A program made the position numbers and the translations under genes. From positions 128,402,001-128,466,000 of the forward strand of contig NC_086099.1 of assembly GCF_963921235.1 (NCBI RefSeq): a DNA stretch of 64,000 bases, written 5' to 3'. Below are positions 49,701 through 60,850 of this stretch, one piece after another (within the stretch, counting starts at the first letter, position 1; the number at the start of each line of letters is the position of its first letter). This DNA comes from Mobula hypostoma (taxonomy: Eukaryota). Below the pieces are notes generated by a model that did no database searches, was not told where the DNA came from, and saw only the letters and a program-made list of their open reading frames with translations.

Positions 49701-52700
49701 GATTCATACAACTTCCAAAAGCGTCAACTAGACATTGTGATATTAAGGTCATGACCTTTGCCTCACTGAATTCAACAACTTTAGAAGAACTGCTGTAGTT
49801 TGCTTTAGTTTAGATCGTCTGGGTACAGTTTGAAACCATCCACTACTGTTCTGTTGAACATTGTAGGCATGCTGTGTTGGCGTCAGAATGTGTGGCAGCA
49901 CTTGTAGGCTGCCCCCAGTGCATCCTTTTACCTTCTTTTTTAAAAATATTAATAAAATGGATTATGATACTAAATTACTTAGTCTTAACATGAAAGGATT
50001 AAATCATCCTTTGAAACAAAATAAGATTTTTGCCTATATTAAAAAATTTAAGGTCCCAATTATTTTCTTACAAGAAGCACACGTTTGTAATTCTGATAAT
50101 TCATGCCTTTTTCGCCAATAGAGAGGATTGCACTTTCACTTAAGTTTCCAAGCCAAAGCTAGAGGTGTTTCGAATTTTATAGAAAATACAGTTCCTTTTG
50201 TTCAACACAAGGTTGTTTCTGATACTAATGGATGATTTGTTATAGTTTCAGGGAAATTAGAGAATAAATTATTGGTATTTGCCAATGTTTATGCCCCAAA
50301 TATAGATGATCCAGGATTCTTTGAGCGATTTTTTTTCTTTTTTGCCTGATCTGAGTGTGAATTCATTGGTGATGGCAGGAGACTTTAATTGCTGCTTAGA
50401 CCCAGTTTTAGATTGGTCCTCCTCCAAACAAGTGACACTTAATAAATCAGCTTCGTTTATCTATTCATTTTTACCGAAATGTGGTATTGTTGATATATGG
50501 CGATTCTTATATCCAACGGATAGAGAATACTCGTTTTTCTCTCATGTTCATTATACATATTCCAGAATTGACTATTTTTTATTGATAAATGATTCCATTA
50601 GTTCGATCTTGTGAATATAAAGAGATTGCTATCTCTGACCATGCTCCTGTGCTTTTATCCATGAACCTTCCTGGTTTTCCTCAGACAAATAGATTCTGGC
50701 ATTTTAATTTAACTCTGTTATCTGACAAGGATTTCTTAAAGTTCTTGGAGAGGCAAATCACTCTTTTTTTTTTGAAGAGAATACGGTAGAGGAGACTTCT
50801 AGCCTTGTCATATGGGATGCCTTCAAAGCATATATCAGAGGACAAATCATTTCTTATACTGCAAGTGTTGAGAAAAAAGCTAATAAAGAGAGAATTAATT
50901 TAGCCAATTAGCTGAAACAATTAGATGCAGAATATGCTTTGACCTCAGATCCTGTTGTATATAAAAGATGGGTTGAAACTAAAGCTAAATATGATTTTTA
51001 TTAACATACCCTATTGAAACACAACTCCTAAAGGATAAAAGTCAATTTTATATCCATGGTGATAAAACAGGTAAATTATTGGCTAACCAAATTAAAACTT
51101 CTAGTACTAAACGGCAGATTAAAGAAATTTGTAAAGCTAATGGTATGAGGACAACTTGATCATTTAGAAATAAATGATACTTTTAGAGAATATTATTCTA
51201 AACTTTATAGCTCTGATCTTCTTAGAGGTAATACTGTCATGGATAACTTTTTAGACCAAATAAATATCCCTATGCTTTCTATTGATGCCCGAAAACAGTT
51301 GGATCAATGTATTTCTCATGAAGAAATAGCCGAGGCTGTATGTTCGTTGCCTTCAGGGAAAGCTCCAGGTCCTGACGGATTCTCTGGAGAATTTTATAAG
51401 GCTTTTTCTTCTTTGCTCATACCCCACTTATGCTCAGGTTTTTCAGATTCTTTTAAGTCAGGTAGGTTACCGCAATCCTTTTACGAAGCCTCTATTTCGC
51501 TTATCCTTAAAAAGAATAAGAATCCAATTGAATGTTCTTCATATAGACCAATTTCTTTACTTAATGTTGATGCTAAAATTTTATCTAAAATTCTGGCCCG
51601 TAGGATGGAAAATATCTTACCACCTATCATTTCTGATGATCAGACTGGTTTTATTAAAAATCGATATTCTCATTTTAATATTCATTGATTATTAAATGTT
51701 ATTTATTCTTCTTCTAAGGAGTTATCAGAGTGTGTGATATCCTTAGACGCTGAGAAGGCTTTTGATCAGGTTGAATGGCATTATTTAAATTTTAGAAAAA
51801 TTTAATTTTGGGTCCAACTTTATTCAATGGATTAAACTACTGTATTTATCCCCTTTTGCTCGGTTTCTTACTAATTCTCAGAATTCTAAACCATTTAAAC
51901 TTCAACATGGAACCAGACAAGTTTGCCCTTTGAGTCCTTTGCTCTTTGACCTGGCTTTAGAACCTTTAGCTATTGCTTTTTGAGAATCTAACAATATCAC
52001 TGGTATTTTACGGAAGGGTGCTATCTACAATGTTTCACTTTATATGGATGATTTATTGCTTTACATTTCTAATGTTGAAACTTCATTACCTTCTGTGCTT
52101 TCTTTACTATCTTGTTTTGGTCAATTTTCTGGATATAAACTGAACCTACACAAGAGTGAACTTTTTCCTTTGAATAATTTTCCATTAATTGATATTAATC
52201 ATCCTTTTTAAATTGTAAGAAACCAATTCACTTACTTGGTTGTAACAATTACTAAGAATTATAAATACTTATTAAATTATATAAAAAGTACGTTATTAAA
52301 TTGGTCGCCCCTTTTGTTATCATTGATTGGCCGAATTTAATTCTATTAAAATGCATGTTTTACCTAAATTTATATACCTCTTTCAGGCATTACCCGTTTT
52401 TATTCCTAAACCCTTTTTTGACTCTCTGGACTCTATTTTATCTTCCTACATATGGAAGAATAAATGTCCTCGACTGAATAAAGTCCATCTCTAGAAAGTT
52501 AAAAAGAATGGAGGTTTAGCTTTACCAAATTTTAGGTTTTATTACTGGGAAGTTAATATACGGAATCTCACATTTTGGTTGTACTATATTAACAATGAGG
52601 ACTGTCCCGGGTGGGTTTCTTTAGAAGCTAACTCGATTAATAGATTTTCTATTATCTCCCTATTGGGATCTTCACTTCCTTTATCCTTAAGTAAGATAAC

Positions 52701-54227
52701 TGAAAATGTGGTAATCAAACATACTTCAAGGATTTGGATACAATTTAGAAAACACTTTGGTTTATTGAGATTCTCCCTTTCTAGTCCCATTAAAAAAAAT
52801 TTTTAAGCCTTCTATGGCTGATGTAGTCTTAAGCAATGGGAAGGATTGGGCATCACATGCTTCTGGGATCTGTTCGTGGGAGGGAGTCTTTCTTTGTTTG
52901 AACAATTGTCAACTAAATATAGTTTACCAAAAACCCATTTTCTTCGGGACTTACAAATTAGAGATTTTCTGTGATCTCAGTTATATACATTTCCTTACAG
53001 AACTGATAAGAACGTATTAGATGAAATTCTTAATATGAAACCATTCTATAATGGTTCAATATCCAATATTTATGATATGTTGTTGGGAATGAGAAACAGT
53101 TCTTTAAACAAGATTAAAAATCTTTGGGAACAAGATTTACAGACCTCAATTTCTGAAGAAACTTGGAATGAGATTTTTAAGTTGGTTAATACTTCATCGC
53201 TATGTGTTCGTCATTCCCTCCTACAATTTAAAGTGGTTCATAGGGCTTATATGACCAAGGATAAATTATCTTGTTTTTATAGGGATATATCTTCCCTACT
53301 GTGATAGGTGTAACAATGGAGAAGCTTCACTTATTCATGTTTTGGATGTGCCCAAGTCTTGAAAAATATTCGAAGGAAGTATTCCAAACTTTTTCTGTAC
53401 TCTTTAAAGTAAATTTTAAGCCTAGTCCTTTGATTGCCCTATTTGGTATTGTTGGAAGGAAAGATATCATTTGGAAGACATCTGATCTGCACATTCTGGC
53501 TTTTATCTCTCTTATGGCTAGAAGGGCACTTTTGTTTAAATGGAAGGATGCTGTTCCGCCTAATCATGCTTAGTGGTTATGGGATGTTATGGCATGCCTA
53601 AATTTAGAAAAGATTCGTTGTTCAATTTCTGAATCTAACCAAGATTTTCAAAGTTTGTGGGGGCCGTTTTTAAATTATTTACATAATCTTTGACTTCTTG
53701 TTAAAGTACAGAAGTTGGTTAATAGTATATCTTATTATCTGATAAGTTTCTTTTTTTCTTTTTTTTTCCCAAATAGCTTCGACTTTGCTAGTGGATGTAG
53801 ATATTTTTTCTCAATAAAATTGTTTATATTCTAATATACGAATTAATCTAATCCATACGAGTACAGAGTAAGGAGTTTGTTAATGTGATTCAATATACTG
53901 TATCTGGTATTATATTTTGTCTTTTGTTTTATAATATGTATTCTCTTGAACTCTGTATTCTTCTATATAGAAATCAATAAAAATATTGATAAAGAAAGGG
54001 ATTCATACAACTTCCAAAAGTGTCAACTAGACATTGTGATATTAAGGTCATGACCTTTGCCTCACTGAATTCAGCAACTTTTGAAGAACTGTTACTATAG
54101 TTTGCTTTAGTTTAGATAGTCTGGGTACAGTTTAAACTATCCACTACTGTTCTATTGAACATTGTAGGCATGCTGTGTTGGCGCCAGAATGTGTGGCAAC
54201 ACTTGTAGGCTGCCCCCAGCGCATCCT
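49701..54227 (+). repeat. ~226-bp direct repeats (49701-49926 and 54000-54227) bracketing the L1-type LINE
   Basis: GATTCATACAACTTCCAAAAG...GCTGCCCCCAG(T/C)GCATCCT present twice, with about a dozen differences. Confidence 0.95.
49927..53999 (+). mobile_element. L1/Tx1-clade LINE, ORF2 essentially complete but pseudogenised, ORF1 absent (5'-truncated)
   Basis: APE motifs SLNMKGLN, FLQEAH, GDFN, SRIDY, SDH; RT motifs [41 protein letters not shown]; C-terminal HMFW.C-like motif; AATAAA plus A-rich tail. Confidence 0.93.
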
Positions 54228-55658
54228 CAGGTTGTGTTGGTCGTTAATGTAAATGATACATTTCAGTGGATGTTTCAATGTACATGTGATGAATAAATGA
54301 ATTTGTATCTGAATCAATAATGTCAGTATCTGATAACCAACTCTGTGTACCTCCTTTTAGAAGCTGCACAATCATACCAGTCCAACAAAATAGCTGTGGC
54401 TTGAGACCAAAGGTTGATTGTGACTGACATTTGAGTCAATATGTGCAGCGGGAGGGAGCTGCAACAAAGAGTTTTTATGTAGCCAGCTGTTCAAGGGCAA
54501 AGGTCAAGGATGTGACTGATGCTTGACTCAGTGTGTGCTGCAAAACCAGCGCAGTGCTGGAAGTTCCAGAAACTTCTCAACCTCTCAGACACATGACAAT
54601 TGGCTCAGAAATTCATTAAGTATGCAGGAGTTACAGAAGACGTGGGTCCCATCGGGTCCCTGAATTGGCATGGATCACTTCACTGAATTGATTCCATAAC
54701 CGACAGACTCACTTTCAAGCACACTTTACAACTCATGTTCTCAGCCGTATTTTTATTTGCATAGTTTCTCTTATTTTGCACTTGATGTTTCTCAGTCTTG
54801 GCCTGTTTATGTACAGTCTTTCATAAAATCCCATTTGTTTTTCATGAATGCTTGCAAGGAAATGAATCTCAAGGCAGTATACAGTAACATATATGCACCT
54901 TCTTAATAAATTTACTTTGATCTTTTGCACTTTAACTTTGAACTTCCCTTCAATCATTTGGTTTTTGAACCTGCTGTTAAAGCATTGCTACGACCACTTC
55001 GATCACTTTGCACAAAAATCAAATTACACTTTTTCTCCTGTGAATGCTACGTATAAGATATTATGTCCATGGTGCTGCTGCAAGCAAGTACTTGTGCATA
55101 TGATAATCAACTCATCTTGATCTACTAAGGCCTCGAATAATTGGGCGTTAGGGTATTGGCTGACATTTTGCTGGCCGCCATACACAGGGTTAACATTTCC
55201 TGATCTTTTCTCCGAGGTTCAGCGTGAGTGTGAGATTAGCAGGCGGTGCCCACCTACCTGATTGGGAACTCTGTATTTCACTCCTTGCCCCATATCTCAT
55301 CCTCATGTATGTTAATTTGTGTCCATTTTCTCACCAAGACCGTGGACCATCATGAGAATGACAGGCGCACCAGATTCAATCTCCATCAACTCATAACTCC
55401 CCAACATTTCAATATTTCTTGTATGTCCTAGAATCCCATTGTGTAATTGTATCGAAACTAAGCCCTGGAATTCCTTCTTCAAATCTCAGCCCCATTAAAT
55501 CATCCCCACTCCTTCTTTAAAACATTCCTTCAAACCTAACCAACCTTTGTGTTTTTCCTTTCATGACCTTGAATTGTACTGGAAATGTTTAAGTACTTGG
55601 GAAATACTTTATGTAATATCAAAGATACATTTTGTTTCTATTAGTTGCAGATATTGTA

Positions 55659-56202
55659 CAGTCTGTGACCACTTTATTAGGTACACCTCTACATCTGCTC
55701 ATTAATGCAAATATCAAACCAGCCAATCACATGGCAGCAACTTAATGCATAAAAACATGTAGACGTGGTCAAGAGGTTCAGTTGTTGTTCAAACCAAACA
55801 TTAGAATGGGGAAGAAATGTGATCTGAGTGACTTTGACTGTGGAATGATTGTTGGTGTCAGGTGAGGTAGTTTGAGTATCTCAGAAACTGCTGATCTCCT
55901 GGGGATTTTACGCACAATAGTCTCTAGAGTTTTCAGAGAACAATACGCAAAACAGCAGACATCCAGTGAGCGGTAGTTCTGTGGGCGAAAACACCTTGTT
56001 AATGAGAGCAGTCAGAGGAGAATGACCAGACTGGTTCAAGCTGACAGGAAAGCAACAGTAACTCAAGCAACTATGTGTTACAACTGTGATGTGCAGAAGT
56101 GCATCTCTGAATGCACAACACATTGCACCTTGAAGTGGATAAACTTCAGCAGCAGAAGAACATGAACATACAGAAGGTACCGAATAAAATGGCCACCGAA
56201 TG
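55659..56202 (+). mobile_element. Non-autonomous Tc1-like DNA transposon
   Basis: TA-flanked TIRs GACCACTTTATTAGGTAC / GTACCGAATAAAATGGCC; transposase N-terminus MGKKCDLSDFDCGMIVG..SISETADLLG from 55806. Confidence 0.88.
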
Positions 56203-56379
56203 TATGTTGACTACTAGTCAATCACATTTGTTGTTGGTAGTGATGCGACTGGATAACCTCAAGTGTTAGACTCATCAGTGAAATTAATAACTAGGAATTT
56301 CAAGCCTTTAAGTTGACATAGAAATGCAGTTACTTGTGGTTTGCTCATGATACACAGCACCAATTAATGTTCACTGGTC

Positions 56380-56858
56380 AGAAGCCATAGAAGGTTGCAA
56401 ATCTAGTCAGCTCCATCTTGGGCACTAGCTTACAAAGTACCCAGGACATATTTAGGGAGCGGTGTCTCAGAAAGGCAGAGTCTATTATTAAAGACCTTCA
56501 GCACCCAGGGCATATCCTTTTCTCTCTGTTACCATCAGGGAGGAGATACAGAAGCCTGAAGGCACACACTCAGTGATTCAGGAACAGCTTCTTCCCCTCT
56601 GCCATCCGATTCCTGAATGGATGTTGAAGCTTTGGACACTACCTCACTTTTTTAATATACAGTACTCCAGTTTTTGCTTATTTTTAAATAATCTATTCAA
56701 TATGTGTAATTTATTTGTTTATTTATTATTATGTTTAATTTTATTTATTATTACTTTTTTCTGTCTCTGCTAGATTATGTATTGCATTGAACTGCTGCTG
56801 CTAAGTTAACAAATTTCACGTCACATGCCGGTGATAATAAACCTGATTCTGATTCTAA
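56380..56858 (+). mobile_element. Rex1/Babar-type LINE 3' fragment
   Basis: IIKD.QHPGH..FSLLPSGRRYRSL...FRNSFFPSAI remnant; tail AATAAACCTGATTCTGATTCT. Confidence 0.85.
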
Positions 56859-57409
56859 TTCATGCTCCCCCCTCTCTCTGTCTTCTATTTTCATCCATCG
56901 CACTTGTACTTTTGCATCTGTGTAGATAAGAAGAATAAGTCTGAAACTTATTAATAGTAAAACGTATGATCTTTGATCAGTAGCACAGACACCTTTGGGC
57001 ATAGGTCCTCCACTTCCACCTGCTGCAGCATTAACTGGCTGAGACCCTTTGATTTACTTTGCCTTCTCCTGTTGCTCTCCCATCTTTTTCTGAAGCAGAT
57101 TTTTTTCTTTCTCTACATTACAAAGGAATGCTTTCAGTTGTCAACGCCTGACGTTTTCAAAGAGAAAAATCCCAAAGTGCTTTGTAGTCAGTGACATACC
57201 CCCGAAAGACAGGCAGCTTTGTGTCACAGTAAAGACAATAGTCATTTTCTGCACAAGGTGTTAGATACACCAACAGGATTATGTCCAGATGGTTAACTAA
57301 AAACAAATAAACAAACATTTCCCAACCTGGAGTTCACGGACCCCTCAGCTAATGATTAGGCACAATGGCATAAAAAAGTTTGGGAACCCCTGCACTAGAG
57401 GAACATAGG

Positions 57410-58145
57410 GTTCAGGCAACATCTGTAGAGGAAATGAACATATGTTTCTGATGAAGGTCCTTCATTTGGACTGAAAGTAAAAGAGGAGACAGCCTCTATA
57501 AAGAGGTTGAGAGAAACGAGTGGAGCAAGAGCTGGCAAGTGATATGTGGATCCAGGTGAGGAGGGCTGATCGGCAGATGGAGGAGGGAAGAGTGGAAACG
57601 GGGACAAGGGCTGGGAAGAAACAGGTGGAGGCAACAAAGTGTCCCTAATGATGGAATATGATAGGAAAAGAAGGTGAAGCGTAGAAACAGATCAGAGAGA
57701 TGTGTTGAACAGTGGGGGAGGAGACACAGTGGGAGGAGTGTGCAGGTGATGGGAAGATAGAGTAGGTGGAGAAGGCAAAGAAACATGATGTTAGGGGATG
57801 TTTGGTTTAAGGTGGGGCGGATATCAGAGGAATTGGATACATAAGGCTAAAAATTCAGCTGTGTAGCACCAGTGAGTTCTATTCCAGTCCATTGAAGATC
57901 TACACTTCCAAGAATTAATGCAATGAGAACTATTCCCAGCTTAGAATTACTCCCGAAATTTTATCAGGTTCTTTCCATCAGGTGATGCTACCCTCTGAAG
58001 ATACCAGAAACATTGGGCAACACTGGGCTGGGAACCAGGAGTGATTAATATTGATTATACACACAAAAAGCTGGAAGAACTCAACAGCCAGGCAGCATCA
58101 ATTGAAATGAACATTCAACGTTTTGGGCCAAGACCCTTCATTGGG
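57410..58145 (-). mobile_element. Two old PLE pLTR remnants (~57410-57800, ~58059-58145)
   Basis: Degenerate family motifs CAGGCAACATCTGTAGAGG and CTGGAAGAACTCAACAGCCAGGCAGCATC..GACCCTTCAT. Confidence 0.65.
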
Positions 58146-59308
58146 AATTATTTCAATATTATCTCATGTAACTCTCTCACCGTAGGCTTGTAATGAGTCA
58201 GCTGTGAATGCAAGTTAACAGTAACATAACTCTACAATGCATGGGAAATAATGATGAAAAAGCCATTTCCAGTAAATAAACACTTCCAAGGTAAATATGA
58301 TTCTGGTAGACACAAACACATAAAAGGTTGAAATGTTTCTTTAAGGGAAAGTAGGACTTTTACTTGTGAGAACACTGACACACTCATGCAAATTTACTGT
58401 TTGCCAGGAAACAATAATTTAACTCACACAAGTATAAAGTTAAATCAAAATTGTATTGACAAAATGTTTTAAACTAAAACAAACAAAATAAAGAAACAGG
58501 ACGATTACACATATATTGGTAAGACTATAGTGTGCACATAATCGTTGGAGCCCTTTGTTGGCATAATCAATTTGGTTTGCTTCACTTCATTTACCCATGG
58601 TACCGAACAATTCTGCATGAAAACACAGTTCAAGTGAAACAAATAGGTATCCATGCCAATTCCAAGGACAAGGTTTGAGCATTCTCCAAGGTCATGTGAT
58701 AACTAGCTAGTTAAAAGTCAACTGTGCATACTATTGTCTACATGAGGATTTTCCGACAGTGGTATCTGTCCTTCCAAATGGTTTCTGTGAACGTTTCACC
58801 ATGTTCTTCATTCATGTTTGTCGTCCATCTCCATTTCCTCCTCCTCCTCCTCCCCTTCCCCTTCCTGCTTCCTCCTCCCTCCTTGGCAGCGGTATTCCTC
58901 TGCTTTGTGATTTCCACAGGTGGGTTGGGTTTTCCAGTGGACATGTCACATTTAGCTGCAATATTAGCAGACATCAACCAAGTCATCTCAATCCAAATGT
59001 ATTTCACCTCATTTCTCAAAAGCTCTATTTCTGTGGCATCAGGGGTCACTTTAGCAACAGAGGCTACCGCTGAAGACATTACTTGGCTTTTGAAAACATT
59101 TCACTCCTCAATTATATTTTCCTCCTCTCTAACTTCTCAGAGTAACTCAGTAAAAGATGGGGGATCACACATCTTATTGGTCATTCGAATATGTAGAGCG
59201 ACCATATCTTGTGACAGTGAACCCTTCATGACTTGTTTCACCCTTAAGCAATTTCTCTCAGACGGTTGAATGCCCCTTGGCGGTACAAACAAAGCTGTTT
59301 CTCTAAAC

Positions 59309-59830
59309 AGTGGAAAGCAGCCAGTGAAGGATTGGAGCTTTGAGAGATTGACTCGAGAGATCCTGGCAGTTTTGGCATTTGGATTGTGCAATCAAGTCAA
59401 TCAAGATTTGAACAGCTCTGCAGAAAGCAGTTGATTAGACAATCAAAATTGGAATAGCTCAGACTCAGCAGAAAGCAACTTATTGGGCAATCAAGGTCAG
59501 GGGACCAAGCAGCTTGAAAAGCTCAAACAAATAAATAGAGGGGTAGCTTAAGCGGAGTGGCCAGTGAGTGAGTGGGTCAGTGAAGGAGTGAAGCTTTGAG
59601 GCTTTGGCTGAAGAGATTCTGGCAGTTTTGGCAGTAGGACTGTGCAATCAAGTCAATCAAGATTTGAATAGCTCAGACTCAGCAGAAAGCAGCTGATTGG
59701 GCAATCGAGGTCAGGTGACCAAGCAGTTTGAAAAGCTCAAACAAATAAATAGAGAGGTAGCTCAAACGGAGTGGCCAGTGAGTGAGTGGGCCTGTGAAGG
59801 AGTGAAGCTTTGAGGCTTTGACTCGAGAGG
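59309..59830 (+). promoter_or_regulatory. Tandem monomer 5' UTR of the CR1
   Basis: C(A/T)GTGAAGGA.TG.AGCTTTGAG recurs at 59322, 59578 and 59792; ATAAATA at 59531 and 59745. Confidence 0.8.
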
Positions 59831-59880
59831 CTTTGACGAGAAGAGGTGGAGGACGAGCTTGCTCCCAGTTAGGCTTTACA

Positions 59881-60815
59881 ATGCCTCCAGAGATGGTGAT
59901 GTGCCTCTCATGTGAGATGTGGCAGTCTTGGGGGAACTCCCCTCTCCCGCAGAGTCACATCTGCCAGAAGTGCATGTGGCTGGGCAATATGGAAAACCGT
60001 GTAAGGAATCTGGAGCAGCAGCTGGATGACCTTTGACTCATAAGGGAGAATGAGGCAGTCATAGATGAGAGCTACAGGGAGGTAGCCACACCTAGGCTGC
60101 CGGAAGCAGGTCGTTGAGTAACAGTCAGAGAGGGGAAAGCAAAGGTACTGCAGGTACTGCAGAGCATCCCTGTAGCCATTCCCCTGAATAATAAGTTTAC
60201 CATCCTGGATACTGTTGGTGGGGATGACCGACTAGGGGTGAGCCACGATGGCAGGACCTCTGGCACTGAATCTGACCCTGTGGTGCAGAAGGGTGGGACG
60301 GAGAAGAGGAGAGCTGTCATCACTGGGGACTCTACATGGGAGCAGACAGGAGGTTTTGTGAACGTGAGAAGGACACCCACATGGTTTGTTGCCTTCCAGG
60401 TGCCAGGGTCCGGGATGTCTCTGACCAGGTGCACGACATCCTGGTACAAGAGGGAAAGTAACCAGAAGTCGTGATACATGTTGGCACCAACGACATAGGC
60501 AGGAAGAGGAATGAGGTCCTGAAGTGTGAGTTTCGGGAACTAGGCTGAAGGCTGAAGAGCAGGACCTCCAGGGTGGCATTCTCAGGATTGCTGCCAGTGC
60601 TACGTGATAGTGATGGTAAGAATTGGAGGAGATGGCAGTTGAATGCGTGGCTGAGGAGTTGGTGCAGGGGACAGGGTTTTAGATTTTTGGGTCATTGGGA
60701 TCTCCTCTGGGGAAGGTGGGACCTGTACAGATTGGATGGGTTGCACCTGAACTTGAGGGGGAGGAATATCCTTGCAGGTACGTTTGCTAGCATGGTTCGG
60801 AAGGGTTTAAACTAA
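59881..60815 (+). pseudogene. CR1 ORF1 (zinc finger + coiled coil + SGNH esterase), disrupted
   Basis: CLSCEMW...CQKC..RVRNLEQQL; IPLNNKF; VITGDS; HVGTND; DGLHLN. Confidence 0.88.
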
Positions 60816-60850
60816 TTTGCAAGGGGGATGGGACCTGGAGCAATAGAGCA

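Noticed and set aside
49701-54227. LTR retrotransposon interpretation of the 226-bp direct repeats
   Set aside because: No TG..CA, PBS or PPT; the interior is an APE-RT LINE; the repeat cuts through an older host repeat.
58724-59269. 181-aa plus-strand hydrophobic ORF
   Set aside because: Antisense to the gag remnant and the purine tract; not a credible gene.
59309-59830. CRISPR-like or satellite array
   Set aside because: Eukaryotic context; the units are ~214-bp contiguous monomers inside the CR1's TSD, with no unique spacers.
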